This document shows positions 9,825-19,370 of a stretch of DNA of 64,000 nt, piece after piece. Both the position numbers and the translations under genes were made by a program. Positions within the stretch are counted from its first letter, which is position 1; every line of letters starts with the position of its first letter. The DNA lies in IMG/VR virus record IMGVR_UViG_3300037424_002485, positions 24,022 through 88,021 of that record; one strand, 5' to 3'. The notes below the pieces were generated by a model. The model worked only from the letters and a program-made list of their open reading frames with translations, was not told the DNA's origin and did no database searches. This DNA is from a virus (Duplodnaviria; Caudoviricetes).

Positions 9825-10961
9825 ATGACCAGAGAAAGAGAATCATCGGCACGCGGTTCAATGCGCGACGCCGCCCGCAGGCGGGCGACTGAGACTTCAC
9901 ACGGAGGCGGTGGCTACAGCATCAACTTGCCGGAAGGCGTGGCTTTCTTCAAGAACGACGGCAAGAAGGTTGAATTCGACGTCATTCCGTACACGGTGAG
10001 CGACCGGCGTAACCCCGACGTAATCGCGGGACGCCTCAAAGTCGGCGACATGACCGACGCGCGTATGTACTGGCAGCATAGCGACATCGGCAGCGATCAG
10101 AAGCCGTATATATGCTTGAAGACCGTCGGCCAGCGGTGCCCGATATGCGAGGCGCATGCCGCCATGGCGAAGAATCCGAAAGCCGATCCGAAGGACGTGA
10201 AGGCGCTCAAACCGAAAATGCGTATGCTGTACAACGTGATCGACGCCGCCGACAACAGCGGTAAAGTTATGGTCTGGGATGTCAGCTATTACCTGTTCAC
10301 CAAACAGCTTGAACACGAGCAGCGCGAAGTCGAGGAGTACTACGGCTACGCCGACCCCGATGCCGGTTACACGCTGCGCATTCGCTTCGAGGAGAAGTTG
10401 TTGCCGGGCAGCAGCAAGCCGTTTTATGAAGCCGATCGCATTGACTTCGACAAGCGCAAAGCACTCAGCGACGCCGACCTCAAGGCCGCCGTCGATCTCG
10501 ACGCCGCGCTGAAGATACTCACATACGAACAGCTTGACGCCGTCTTCCTCGGCGTAGACGGCGAACCCGCCGGTGAAGCCGAGCCGACGCCAGCCGCTGA
10601 TCCCGCACCCCGCAGTACTCGTGGCGCCCGCGACGCCGCGCCGACCGCCGACGAAACCGAACAACCTGCACGCAGGCAGCGCGCTGCCGAGCCCGTAGGA
10701 CAACCGGCTCCGGCGCGCGGACGCCCGGCTGAAGACAAAATTCATAGCAAAGACCCGGACGTCGAGCGTGCTGCCGGCAAACATGCTGTCGATCCCGATC
10801 AGGATTGTCCGGGCGGCGGCGTATTCGGCCGCGACGAATCCCAGCTCGACCACTGCAACGATTGCAGCGAAGACAAGTGGAAGGCCTGCCGTAACGAGAA
10901 AGACAGGCTGGCAAAAGAGAAGACGAAGCCTGTTGAAGAACCGCGGCGCGGCCGGCGGTAG
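9825..10961 (+). CDS. T4 gp32-like ssDNA-binding protein with long C-terminal extension
   Basis: RBS aaggagg; FDVIPY, H..CLKTVGQRCPICE zinc site, LYNVID, GYTLRIRF, LTYEQL. Confidence 0.7.
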   Translation: MTRERESSARGSMRDAARRRATETSHGGGGYSINLPEGVAFFKNDGKKVEFDVIPYTVSDRRNPDVIAGRLKVGDMTDARMYWQHSDIGSDQKPYICLKTVGQRCPICEAHAAMAKNPKADPKDVKALKPKMRMLYNVIDAADNSGKVMVWDVSYYLFTKQLEHEQREVEEYYGYADPDAGYTLRIRFEEKLLPGSSKPFYEADRIDFDKRKALSDADLKAAVDLDAALKILTYEQLDAVFLGVDGEPAGEAEPTPAADPAPRSTRGARDAAPTADETEQPARRQRAAEPVGQPAPARGRPAEDKIHSKDPDVERAAGKHAVDPDQDCPGGGVFGRDESQLDHCNDCSEDKWKACRNEKDRLAKEKTKPVEEPRRGRR

Positions 10962-11001
10962 TTATGTATCTGTTAAGACTGATGTATAAAAGGAGGACAT
11001 C

Positions 11002-11355
11002 GTGGCACAAAAAGAAATCGAAACGATCACGCTAAATAACGTCGAGTACGTGCGTAAAGACAGCGTCCTGCCGTTACAAAATAACACGGAAACGTTCCCG
11101 TATGTAATCGGCAAGCTCTATTTTATCCGCACTGTTACATTTTATTACATCGGCAGATTGCTTGCGGTAACGTCGGCAGAACTTATAGTTGATCAATGCT
11201 CATGGGTAGCCGATACCGGCAGGTTTGCGGACGCGCTTAAAAACGGAACGATTAGTGAGAACGAACCGTTTCCGGATGGCCAGGTGATCATTGGTCGCGG
11301 TACGATTGTCGACGCCCACGTATGGGCAGGGTCTGCTATGAGGAGTCAAAAATGA
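11002..11355 (+). CDS. DUF6948-like small beta-barrel protein
   Basis: [31 protein letters not shown]; RBS aggagg. Confidence 0.5.
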   Translation: MAQKEIETITLNNVEYVRKDSVLPLQNNTETFPYVIGKLYFIRTVTFYYIGRLLAVTSAELIVDQCSWVADTGRFADALKNGTISENEPFPDGQVIIGRGTIVDAHVWAGSAMRSQK

Positions 11356-11570
11356 CGGCGGCCGTACTTCGTATCGGATTGGAAAATAGCCGGAGCTGGA
11401 GCCGGAGCTGGAGCGGGAGCCGGAACTGGAGCTGGAGCCGGAGCCGGAGCCGGAGCTGGAGCTGGAGCCAGAGCTGGAGCCGGAGCCGGAGCTGGAGCCT
11501 GAGCCGGAGCCAGAGCTGGAGCCGGAGCTGGAGCTGGAGCGGGAGCCGGAACTGGAGCGGGGTAACATAG
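11352..11570 (+). CDS. 72-aa Ser-(Arg/Trp) dipeptide-repeat peptide
   Basis: RBS aggag at 11341; ATGA overlap with the upstream stop; [12 protein letters not shown] followed by 29 dipeptides. Confidence 0.6.
   Translation: MTAAVLRIGLENSRSWSRSWSGSRNWSWSRSRSRSWSWSQSWSRSRSWSLSRSQSWSRSWSWSGSRNWSGVT
11388..11561 (+). repeat. tandem hexamer array (AGC-NGG) x29
   Basis: agccgg/agctgg/agcggg units with rare aactgg, agccag and agcctg variants. Confidence 0.95.
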
Positions 11571-11572
11571 CC

Positions 11573-11902
11573 TTGCCGCGACCCGTTGAAAAGACTTGCC
11601 TCACCTGCCGGCAGCCGACGCAGGCCATGATCAACTCAGCGCAATGCCTGGGTTATCGTAGCCGCGACGATATTATTTACCGGCTGCCGGCAGGTGCTGA
11701 TTGCTGGCGGGCTGCCGACGTCCAGTGGTCAGCGGCTCAGGCGAGCGCGTATGCGAAATTCATCGGCGTGCCGATGTCGAGGCCGACGCTGATAAAATTC
11801 GTACGTGACAATAACGCCGGCTGGCAACTCGGCACAGGACGCTGGGTAATATACCCGGACAAATTCAGACTGCTGTTAAGGATTAAAAATGCCCAGAACT
11901 AA
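11573..11902 (+). CDS. putative helix-turn-helix DNA-binding protein
   Basis: N-terminal CxxC; [25 protein letters not shown] resembles excisionase/MerR-type HTH. Confidence 0.4.
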   Translation: MPRPVEKTCLTCRQPTQAMINSAQCLGYRSRDDIIYRLPAGADCWRAADVQWSAAQASAYAKFIGVPMSRPTLIKFVRDNNAGWQLGTGRWVIYPDKFRLLLRIKNAQN

Positions 11903-13016
11903 CGAAACATCCGTCTGCGAACAGATAAAGCAGCACGCGCGCAAACCGGTGGAAATAAAAAGTAAGGTAATAGACCGGGCGCGTCTCGTGCCGTCGGGCA
12001 GCACAATGCTCAACCTCGCCTGTACCGATACTGTTCACGGCGCTTTTCTGCTCGGCGAGTTTACGAATATTGTCGGCGGCTTCAGCACAGGTAAAACCAG
12101 CGGCACTCTCGAAGTATTCGCGGCTTGCGCCCAGCAGAAACGTTTCGACAATCATCGATTTATATTTGATGAACCCGAACGCAGCAATGAATTCGATATG
12201 GAAAAGCAATACGGGAAGCGCGTGAGCTCCCGCATCGAACCGCCGGCTCGCGATAAAGACAGCGAATCCGTGTATTCGCGTACCGTCGAAGATTTTGAGA
12301 TCAACCTGCGACGCGCTATCAAAGGCAGCCGGCCGGTTATATACGTACTCGACAGTTTTGACGCACTGACCAGTGAGCAAGAAGTCAAAAAGTCTGACGC
12401 GCGCGTGGGCAAGGCTGACCGTAAAAAGCGCGGCGAAGAGACTGAGAAGGATAAACAAAAAATAGCCGGTAGTTATGGCATGGAGAAAGCCAAGGGATCG
12501 AGTTCGTTGTTCAGACTGGTAACACAAGACCTCAAGGATACGCAATCGCTGTTGATAATAATCAGCCAGACCCGCCAGGAAATTGACCCGATGAAGGCGA
12601 GTAAGTATCGACGTAACGGCGGCGACGCCCTCGACTTCTATGCGAGCCATGTCATCTGGTTATCGTGTATAGAACGTATTCGGGACACCGTGCATAAACG
12701 ACAGCTCGGCGATTGGGTACGCGCTAAGATTGACAAGAACAAGGCAACGGGTAAAAAACGCAGCGTGGACTATCCAACCTATGTTGGTTACGGCATAGAC
12801 GATATCGACTCGATGATTGAATTTCTTATTGCCGACGGCGAGCTGACGAGCACGTCGTTGTCGTGGGCAGGCGAACCCTTTCGTTCGCGCAAAGCACTCA
12901 TTGCTCATTTTGACGGCGACAAGAACGCGTTCACCGCTCTGCGCACTGCGGTTGCTGAACTCTGGATGAAGATCGAGGCCGACATCAAGTTAGACCGACG
13001 ACCGAAATACATATAA
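11889..13016 (+). CDS. RecA/UvsX-like recombinase
   Basis: [47 protein letters not shown]. Confidence 0.85.
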   Translation: MPRTNETSVCEQIKQHARKPVEIKSKVIDRARLVPSGSTMLNLACTDTVHGAFLLGEFTNIVGGFSTGKTSGTLEVFAACAQQKRFDNHRFIFDEPERSNEFDMEKQYGKRVSSRIEPPARDKDSESVYSRTVEDFEINLRRAIKGSRPVIYVLDSFDALTSEQEVKKSDARVGKADRKKRGEETEKDKQKIAGSYGMEKAKGSSSLFRLVTQDLKDTQSLLIIISQTRQEIDPMKASKYRRNGGDALDFYASHVIWLSCIERIRDTVHKRQLGDWVRAKIDKNKATGKKRSVDYPTYVGYGIDDIDSMIEFLIADGELTSTSLSWAGEPFRSRKALIAHFDGDKNAFTALRTAVAELWMKIEADIKLDRRPKYI

Positions 13017-13046
13017 TGAGGATGGAACATATTGGAATAAAAATTA

Positions 13047-13262
13047 GTGAAGAAGAGGAGAAATAACAATATGTGGGTGCTTTTAGTCATTTTATTTACG
13101 CATAGTAATTTTACGCATTATAATGTTGGGCTCGTAACGACACAAGAATTTACATCAAAAGAAAAATGTGAAAGAGCTGTTATGATGATAAATTCTCAGC
13201 TTGTATCACACGACATTGGTTCTCCAATCAGAGTTATATCGGCAACTTGTATACAAAAATGA
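13047..13262 (+). CDS. small AT-rich hypothetical protein
   Basis: MWVLLVILF..EFTSKEKCERA..ATCIQK. Confidence 0.45.
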   Translation: MKKRRNNNMWVLLVILFTHSNFTHYNVGLVTTQEFTSKEKCERAVMMINSQLVSHDIGSPIRVISATCIQK

Positions 13263-13311
13263 GTCTAATATCGGCATGAGGCTGAGAAAGGGGAAGACTC
13301 TTGCAAGGCAA

Positions 13312-13338
13312 GCCGGGCGGCCTTAGCACCCGCCCGGC
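13312..13338 (+). terminator. 9-bp GC hairpin
   Basis: gccgggcgg/ccgcccggc, intergenic. Confidence 0.4.
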
Positions 13339-13349
13339 AACTATAAATT

Positions 13350-13607
13350 ATGATAAAATCAGCGGCGATAAAAAGAATAGCTGACGGTAAAATATGGACG
13401 GGACGAAACCACGGCGATATCATCCGAACTTTGATCATCGGCGAAGGCGTGGATTATGTAACGCGCGAAAACTTTATTAAAGGCTTCATTTCCGAAAGCC
13501 GAGGTTTTGTCGACAGGAGGCTTGCGATGGCCATAGCCATATGCAGCGGCCAAATAGCAGCCAAAAATTCTCGAGCCGAACTGTATTCAGAAATGCTCGT
13601 GCTATAA
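13350..13607 (+). CDS. phage hypothetical protein
   Basis: SAAIK..GRNHGDII..GFI..FVDRRLAM..GQI..LYSE pattern typical of phage small ORFs. Confidence 0.55.
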   Translation: MIKSAAIKRIADGKIWTGRNHGDIIRTLIIGEGVDYVTRENFIKGFISESRGFVDRRLAMAIAICSGQIAAKNSRAELYSEMLVL

Positions 13608-13718
13608 TGCCATCATACTTTTGCTGCGTGTGTGAGAAAATGATTACGATAACCGTTCACGTTAAAAATCCGGCAGCGGTTGTTTGCGAATCATGTCTGC
13701 CAAAAGAGGTGTATAACG

Positions 13719-14237
13719 ATGAAATTAAATCTAGCGAATTGTATAATACTAGCCGCAGTGATGTTGGTTGTTTCTGCACCCGCGTGGGCGGTTAATAAAG
13801 ACGCTGAGGAAAATATACGGTTAATAAAAGCCGTCGCCGAGCAAGTTGGTGTGGAGGCCGCGATCTGTTTGGCTATAGTCAAGACAGAAAACAGTCGGTT
13901 TAGCACGACCGCATTTAATGATAACAAAATCGGACGCGGCCACGCCGACATTAGACAAAGCCACGGCTTGTTCCAACTCACCTATGTTACCGGTAAATCG
14001 TTCGGCATAAAAAAACGCGGTGACTTATACGATAAAAAGAAAAACGCAGTGGCCGCCATTAAATTCATAAAATATCTGCTCAACAAATATCCGCATAGTA
14101 GCCTCGCTGATATAGCGCAACGTTATAACCTCGGCGAGACTCGATTCCGACGCGGTGCGACGGCACAGGCGTACGCAAAACGATTCATGATGTACTATCA
14201 CGGATATCGGGCCACGCCCGGCGGAGCGATTCGCTGA
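13719..14237 (+). CDS. secreted lytic transglycosylase (SLT domain)
   Basis: Signal peptide ending AWA; AIVKTENS (catalytic E), HGLFQL, YNLGE. Confidence 0.75.
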   Translation: MKLNLANCIILAAVMLVVSAPAWAVNKDAEENIRLIKAVAEQVGVEAAICLAIVKTENSRFSTTAFNDNKIGRGHADIRQSHGLFQLTYVTGKSFGIKKRGDLYDKKKNAVAAIKFIKYLLNKYPHSSLADIAQRYNLGETRFRRGATAQAYAKRFMMYYHGYRATPGGAIR

Positions 14238-14422
14238 TGCTAATTATAAAAATAGGCACGCTATGCATACCGATGGCGGGCAATACAACAACGAACGCCG
14301 CTATCAGAAAAGCGAAACGCATGAGTGCTCAGTCGTTTTCAATTTATCGTGCCGAAAAGATATTTACTTTCGCCGCACGTCGCGGTAAATATATCAACAC
14401 GACGCCGAAGGTGAATAAATGA
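14237..14422 (+). CDS. small hypothetical protein
   Basis: Translationally coupled to both neighbours. Confidence 0.35.
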   Translation: MLIIKIGTLCIPMAGNTTTNAAIRKAKRMSAQSFSIYRAEKIFTFAARRGKYINTTPKVNK

Positions 14423-14694
14423 AGCCTATAAAATTTCCGCAAGCGAATACTAACTTAATAAAACCGGACGACATGACGGATGAACAATGCGGAGAATTAC
14501 CGGTATATCGCGGTGCGGCCGAAAACGGTTTTCCCGTATACATCTCGTGTTTTGAACTAGACGAGCAGGAATTACTCGACGTGTTGCAAACAAAAAAGAT
14601 ATGGGTTCACGTATACGCGGCCAGTCATCCGCCGATCGCGTTAGATTGTGCCGACCCGTGGAGAAAGAATGATCGTGGAGAAAAGGAGGCGTGA
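14419..14694 (+). CDS. phage hypothetical protein
   Basis: MKPIKFPQAN..CGELPVY..ISCFEL..HPPIAL. Confidence 0.6.
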   Translation: MKPIKFPQANTNLIKPDDMTDEQCGELPVYRGAAENGFPVYISCFELDEQELLDVLQTKKIWVHVYAASHPPIALDCADPWRKNDRGEKEA

Positions 14695-14697
14695 TTA

Positions 14698-15228
14698 ATG
14701 TCTATTTGTGTGGGCATAGACCCTGGCATCACCGGCGGCGTCGCCGTACTATACACAACGCGCGGTAGGGCCGTCGTCGATACGGTGAGTCTGTACGACA
14801 CGCCCGTCGAGCAAAAAAAGAAATCGAATGGGAAGAATAAAACCGATTACCTGCCGTCTCAGATGGCCGGTATTTTATCAGATCATGTCAGCGGTCAGCA
14901 GGATGTGCACGCATTTATCGAACAGGTATCGGCTATGCCCGGCCAGGGTGTGACGTCGATGTTTGGTTTCGGTAAAGGCTACGGTATCTGGATAGGCATA
15001 CTCGCCGCTCTCGGCGTACCGTACACGTTTGTCACACCGCAGCGCTGGAAGAAAGAACTCATGCAGGGACAGCACGATAAGGAAGCCGCTGTAGGCCGCG
15101 CCCTTCAACTCTATCCGCAGTGCTCGGCAGAGCTAACGGTACGGCGGGGTGCGGTCACTAAACCGCAGGCGCTTGGCCGAGCCGATGCTCTGCTGATAGC
15201 CGAAGCCGGCAGGAGGTGGATGAAATGA
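14698..15228 (+). CDS. RuvC-like Holliday junction resolvase
   Basis: GIDPGITGG, FIEQV, FGFGKGYG, VTPQRWKK, RADALLIA. Confidence 0.85.
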   Translation: MSICVGIDPGITGGVAVLYTTRGRAVVDTVSLYDTPVEQKKKSNGKNKTDYLPSQMAGILSDHVSGQQDVHAFIEQVSAMPGQGVTSMFGFGKGYGIWIGILAALGVPYTFVTPQRWKKELMQGQHDKEAAVGRALQLYPQCSAELTVRRGAVTKPQALGRADALLIAEAGRRWMK

Positions 15229-15377
15229 CAGTTGATGAATTATTCGACGCATTGCAGAAAGCGCGAAATCTCGGCATGGGTTATCAGGTCGTCATTGTTT
15301 CCCATAACAGCGGTTGTGCAAAAGATGCAGTCGAAGACGTAGTTATAGAAGGCACGCGAGTGTATATTAAATGTTGA
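15225..15377 (+). CDS. 50-aa hypothetical protein (absent from ORF track)
   Basis: ATG 15225, MTVDELFDALQK..; overlaps both neighbours. Confidence 0.4.
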   Translation: MTVDELFDALQKARNLGMGYQVVIVSHNSGCAKDAVEDVVIEGTRVYIKC

Positions 15378-16447
15378 ATTCGATACAACTTCATAATTTC
15401 CAAAGCCATCGCGATACGCGTCTCGACTTCGCTGATGGCGTGAACGTGATTATTGGTTCCAGCGATTCGGGAAAGACTGCCGTTCTGCGCGCTCTCAACT
15501 GGGTCGTCAATAACAGGCCCGGCGGCGACGCATTTCGCAGCCGACGGGGCGGCGATACGATAGTTGAAGTCGAATTATCCGGTATGAGTGTTGTCCGAAA
15601 AAAAACAGATAGGGTAAACTCATATCAAATAAGTGCGGGCGGAAAGACAGTAACCGATACGGTCTTTAAAGCGATGGGAGCCGGTGTTCCTGCTGAGGTG
15701 GAAAAAGCACTTGGATTGACCGCTGTCAATATTCAGTATCAACTTGACAGTCCGTTTCTCCTATCCTCCGACTGGAGCCCCGGTCAGGTTGCCGAATACT
15801 TAAACGAAGTCGCCGGGCTCGATGTGATTGACCGCGCCGCCGCCGGTATAAACGCGGTTTGCCGGCGCGTGACGGCGGCGGCCGACGCCGAATGCACGCG
15901 GCTCGCCGACTTGGAAACGCGGCTGGCCGCTCTTGATTATATCGATGCCGCGGAGGCCGCTGTTGCCGACCTGGAAGCCGGTCAAGCTGAAGCCTCTCGC
16001 CAGCGCGGGCGTGAACAAGCCGTAAATAATGCCGTAGCTGATATAATTGGCGTCAGGCAGCAACTCGATGCGGTCGCCGATTACAGCGGAGCCGAGCAGG
16101 AGATCGACGCGCTAATAGCTATCAATCGGCAGGCCGCTGAATTAACAACAAGTGAATGCGAACTCCGAAAGATTGCAACCGAAGCAGGTCTCGTAGCGAT
16201 CGCCGTCGCCCAACTCCAGCGCACGACGCGAGCCGAACGTTTGGTCAATCATCTCCGGCAGATAGCGAACGAATGTGAGCAAATAAACAGCCACCGTCAA
16301 AGGATCGCGGACGCCCTAGCTGAGGTCGGCAGCGGCAAGCGGGTATTATCGGCCGCACAAAATGAGGTGGTGAGATTACAAGCTGACTGGCAACGGCTGG
16401 CGCCGGCAGTGTGTCCGCTATGCGCGGGTACGGGGAAACTGAAATGA
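15371..16447 (+). CDS. SbcC/Rad50-like ATPase, N-terminal half ending at the CxxC hook
   Basis: NFQSH, GSSDSGKT Walker A, Q-loop QYQLD, coiled coil, terminal CPLC; no Walker B. Confidence 0.8.
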   Translation: MLNSIQLHNFQSHRDTRLDFADGVNVIIGSSDSGKTAVLRALNWVVNNRPGGDAFRSRRGGDTIVEVELSGMSVVRKKTDRVNSYQISAGGKTVTDTVFKAMGAGVPAEVEKALGLTAVNIQYQLDSPFLLSSDWSPGQVAEYLNEVAGLDVIDRAAAGINAVCRRVTAAADAECTRLADLETRLAALDYIDAAEAAVADLEAGQAEASRQRGREQAVNNAVADIIGVRQQLDAVADYSGAEQEIDALIAINRQAAELTTSECELRKIATEAGLVAIAVAQLQRTTRAERLVNHLRQIANECEQINSHRQRIADALAEVGSGKRVLSAAQNEVVRLQADWQRLAPAVCPLCAGTGKLK

Positions 16448-16842
16448 GTGTCGAAGTCATCGCCGCGCCAGGTGTAATAGATACCGTGACATTGAAAAAA
16501 TTGAAGCTATCATTATCGCAGATGATCACGGAAGAGTTTGTCCGTGACGCTGAGGTCTGCGTAATCACCGCACATTTAGAACGATTAGTTGAATTGCGAT
16601 TACGCGGATTTTTATGGGCACAGCAAATAGAACAGTTTTCATACCGACAGCCGGAAGACTGGTGGCAAGCGGTCAAGGAAAGATGGATGCCGGCGTGGGC
16701 GCTCAGTCACTGGCCGGTAAAATATACCCGGCATACCGTCGACGTCAAAGCCGTGTACACGAAATTAAATTTATGCCGCCTGAACGAAGACGCCGTTGTG
16801 ATTGCAACGGCGGGGATGGTTTACGGGGAGATAAAATGTTAA
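16444..16842 (+). CDS. phage hypothetical protein
   Basis: PEDWWQAVKERW..WPVKY; ATGA overlap. Confidence 0.55.
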   Translation: MSVEVIAAPGVIDTVTLKKLKLSLSQMITEEFVRDAEVCVITAHLERLVELRLRGFLWAQQIEQFSYRQPEDWWQAVKERWMPAWALSHWPVKYTRHTVDVKAVYTKLNLCRLNEDAVVIATAGMVYGEIKC

Positions 16843-17027
16843 CACCATCGCATATTTTAGTAATGCTTTTCTTTTTTTTAATTTCGATACATATTTCATG
16901 GATAATACAAGGCTATCAATTAAACAAAAGATTTGATGCTGCTGAGGAAATAAATACGTTTTTTGCAGTGCACGCAATAATCGGTATGATGATTATGTTT
17001 ATTTCAATTCTTGATTGTGGTTGTTAA
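16836..17027 (+). CDS. small AT-rich membrane protein
   Basis: 63 aa with two hydrophobic segments. Confidence 0.45.
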   Translation: MLTPSHILVMLFFFLISIHISWIIQGYQLNKRFDAAEEINTFFAVHAIIGMMIMFISILDCGC

Positions 17028-17039
17028 AAGGAGGAGTAT

Positions 17040-17222
17040 ATGATAAAAAGAGCAATTGATGTAGGTACTATTTTGATTATTTTATGGGGTCTTAATAAAT
17101 TTGTAATCGTACCGCTCAATATTTCAGGTACACTGAGCAGCCCTGCTATCATAACCGCACTAATATGCGCGACGATAGCGTTTCTTACAATAACAATACC
17201 ATTTATTTTGAGGAGAAAATAA
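17040..17222 (+). CDS. small AT-rich membrane protein
   Basis: RBS aggagg; two hydrophobic segments. Confidence 0.5.
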   Translation: MIKRAIDVGTILIILWGLNKFVIVPLNISGTLSSPAIITALICATIAFLTITIPFILRRK

Positions 17223-17223
17223 T

Positions 17224-17370
17224 ATGAAAAAGATAGCAGAAAGATTAGAAGGCGTGATTGATGAGCAAATCACTGCGTTTGAAAACAATCCGGTTAAAAC
17301 AGGATTGAAGTTTGTGATTTTACTTTTCATTTTGATATGGGTTTGGAAGAAAGTTAAAGAAGCGATATGA
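17224..17370 (+). CDS. 48-aa membrane peptide (absent from ORF track)
   Basis: MKKIAERLEG..GLKFVILLFILIWVWKKVKEAI. Confidence 0.45.
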   Translation: MKKIAERLEGVIDEQITAFENNPVKTGLKFVILLFILIWVWKKVKEAI

Positions 17371-17597
17371 CAACGAGTAAAGATCAGAGTAAGAAAATCA
17401 GGCGAGCCGTTCACCAGCAAGCCGCTGCCGTCCGCCAGCAGGTAGCCGTGCAGATCGTAACCGATTTATGCGCGCTACCCTTCGCCCAGCGGTTAAAATG
17501 GGCGGTTAAAATTGTGCGCGGCTTGCGGCTGTCGCCGTGGGAACGCCTCAAACTTCATTTTGCCGGAAGGCGCTGCGATGCCAAGACAAACAAATAA
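17367..17597 (+). CDS. hypothetical protein
   Basis: 76 aa, basic; coupled start. Confidence 0.45.
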   Translation: MTTSKDQSKKIRRAVHQQAAAVRQQVAVQIVTDLCALPFAQRLKWAVKIVRGLRLSPWERLKLHFAGRRCDAKTNK

Positions 17598-18516
17598 ACG
17601 CGCCGACGCCATTCTGTCAGCGGACATCCATCTTCGCGACCGCGTGCCCGAATGCCGGCAGCCGGAGGAGTTCTGGGCGGCACGCGACCGCAAGATGGCG
17701 TTCCTCCGCGACTTGCAGGCCGAGCACGGCTGCCCGATACTGGATGCGGGCGACGTATTCGATCGCTGGCAGGTGAGTAGCGAGCTTGAAGGCTGGGCAC
17801 TACTCAACTTACCCGCCGGTATTATTACCGTCCCCGGTAATCACGACTTGCCTCAACACAATCTCAGCCTCTACCGCAAGTCGAGCCTGCACGTACTCGA
17901 AGCCGCAGGGCGGGTGAGAGTGTTGCGCGGAGACGCAGACGGCAAAGGTGATTGGGAAACTATTGCAGGCGGAGTCAAGGTAGTCGGCTTTCCCTACGGC
18001 GAACCGTTTCGAGAGATAACTGCTGAGGGTAAACAAATAGCCGTCGTCCACACGTATTGCGCGGAGGCCGTACCCGTGTTTATTGAAGGCTACACACCCG
18101 CGCAGCTTCTCACCGCGCTACCCGGTTACGACTTCATCGTAAGCGGACACAATCACGCCGCGTTTACCCGTGAAGTCGTTGGCCGCCGTGGTGACAAACG
18201 CCTCGTCGTCAATCCGGGCGGTATGATGAGGACGACCGCTGATCAAGCTGACGCGCGGCCCCGCGTATATCTCTGGTATGCCGACACGAACACAGTTGAC
18301 GCCGTATTCTATCCCATAGAGGCCGGTGTCGTCAGCCGCACGCACTTGGAGCGAGTCGAGGAACGCGACGCCCGTATGACGGCGTTTGTCAGCAGACTGG
18401 GTTCGGACATGGACATTTCGTTATCGTTTGAGGATAATGTCGAAAAGTTTCTCGCCGCGAATAAAATCAGACCAGAAGTCGGCAAACTCGTGCGGGAGGC
18501 AATGAATGTCAATTGA
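17578..18516 (+). CDS. SbcD/Mre11-like metallophosphoesterase nuclease
   Basis: ADIH, AGDVFD, GNHD, VVH, SGHNH, NPGG. Confidence 0.85.
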   Translation: MPRQTNKRADAILSADIHLRDRVPECRQPEEFWAARDRKMAFLRDLQAEHGCPILDAGDVFDRWQVSSELEGWALLNLPAGIITVPGNHDLPQHNLSLYRKSSLHVLEAAGRVRVLRGDADGKGDWETIAGGVKVVGFPYGEPFREITAEGKQIAVVHTYCAEAVPVFIEGYTPAQLLTALPGYDFIVSGHNHAAFTREVVGRRGDKRLVVNPGGMMRTTADQADARPRVYLWYADTNTVDAVFYPIEAGVVSRTHLERVEERDARMTAFVSRLGSDMDISLSFEDNVEKFLAANKIRPEVGKLVREAMNVN

Positions 18517-18688
18517 TGTAAAAGAAATGGTAAAAGCAGTAGATGATATGCGAGAAGCGTTGCCAATTATAACGAGATTTATGCGAGCGTATTATAACGA
18601 GCTCATCCTCGCCGGGTTTTGCAAACACGACGCGTTATTGATAGTGATAAATCACGGCGTGTTTCCGGGAGGTGCACTTGGCAAATGA
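18506..18688 (+). CDS. small hypothetical protein
   Basis: RAYYNELILAGF..AL pattern. Confidence 0.45.
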   Translation: MSIDVKEMVKAVDDMREALPIITRFMRAYYNELILAGFCKHDALLIVINHGVFPGGALGK

Positions 18689-18863
18689 TCGCAAGCGCAT
18701 AGAATGGCTCCTGCTCTGCATAACGTCTCCGGACGGCGTTGAGCTGAACGATTGGGAACACGGGTTCGTCGAGAACGTGGAGAAGCAATTCAAGCAGCGC
18801 GGCACGCTCACCGACGGCCAATACGAAAAACTCGAACAGGTTTATGAAAGGCTGACGCAATGA
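18672..18863 (+). CDS. small hypothetical protein
   Basis: LNDWEHGFVENV..LTDGQYEKLEQVY. Confidence 0.55.
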   Translation: MHLANDRKRIEWLLLCITSPDGVELNDWEHGFVENVEKQFKQRGTLTDGQYEKLEQVYERLTQ

Positions 18864-18964
18864 AAAATTGGAATTGGCCGGCAATCGCAACCCTGTTGTT
18901 TGTAGCAGCTTTTTGGGCTGCTGTTATTTATTTCATAGCTACACATTTATCGAAAGGATAGCGT

Positions 18965-19201
18965 ATGACCGCGACTATTGAACAGCTGACTAAAATGAAA
19001 GCCCGGATCGATGACGCCCGGCTCACGCAGGCCAAACTCGAAGGCGGTCTCGCCGATAAGATGAAGCGGCTCGCCGAACTCGGATTCGCCGACACCGACG
19101 CAGCCGAGGCCGAACTCGTTGTGCTCGCCGTCAAAATCGCCGAACTCGACGACCGAGTGGCGCGCGGCGTTGAAGAGTTGCGGGCAAAGTACGCGTTATG
19201 A
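18965..19201 (+). CDS. short coiled-coil protein, possibly a middle piece of the split SbcC
   Basis: Heptad-rich 78 aa between SbcD and the SbcC C-half. Confidence 0.5.
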   Translation: MTATIEQLTKMKARIDDARLTQAKLEGGLADKMKRLAELGFADTDAAEAELVVLAVKIAELDDRVARGVEELRAKYAL

Positions 19202-19370
19202 AAACCCCTGATCGACAAATAATAAAAGTACGTCCTCGTAAATGGTTATACGGGCATCATGCATCTACCGGCTGGATTGTGCTTGTTGATAATCGTGAAG
19301 TGGAGATCGGTTGTACGTTTGTTGAGGCATTACGTACCGTTATTCAATATTATCTCGGGATTAGAAAAAT

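Noticed and set aside
9897-10853. Long antisense ORFs (also 11883-12650, 28521-29465, 41151-41831, 53922-54893, 55100-55783)
   Set aside because: They shadow well-supported genes in GC-rich sequence and show no recognisable motifs.
11388-11561. CRISPR array
   Set aside because: Contiguous 6-nt units without spacers; no repeat-spacer structure was seen anywhere in the window.
11200-11634. Minus-strand Gly/Ser ORF or plus-strand Gly-Ala silk-like frame of the hexamer array
   Set aside because: The minus ORF is antisense to a coupled operon; the Gly-Ala frame contains a TGA; only the SR/SW frame has an RBS, start and coupling.
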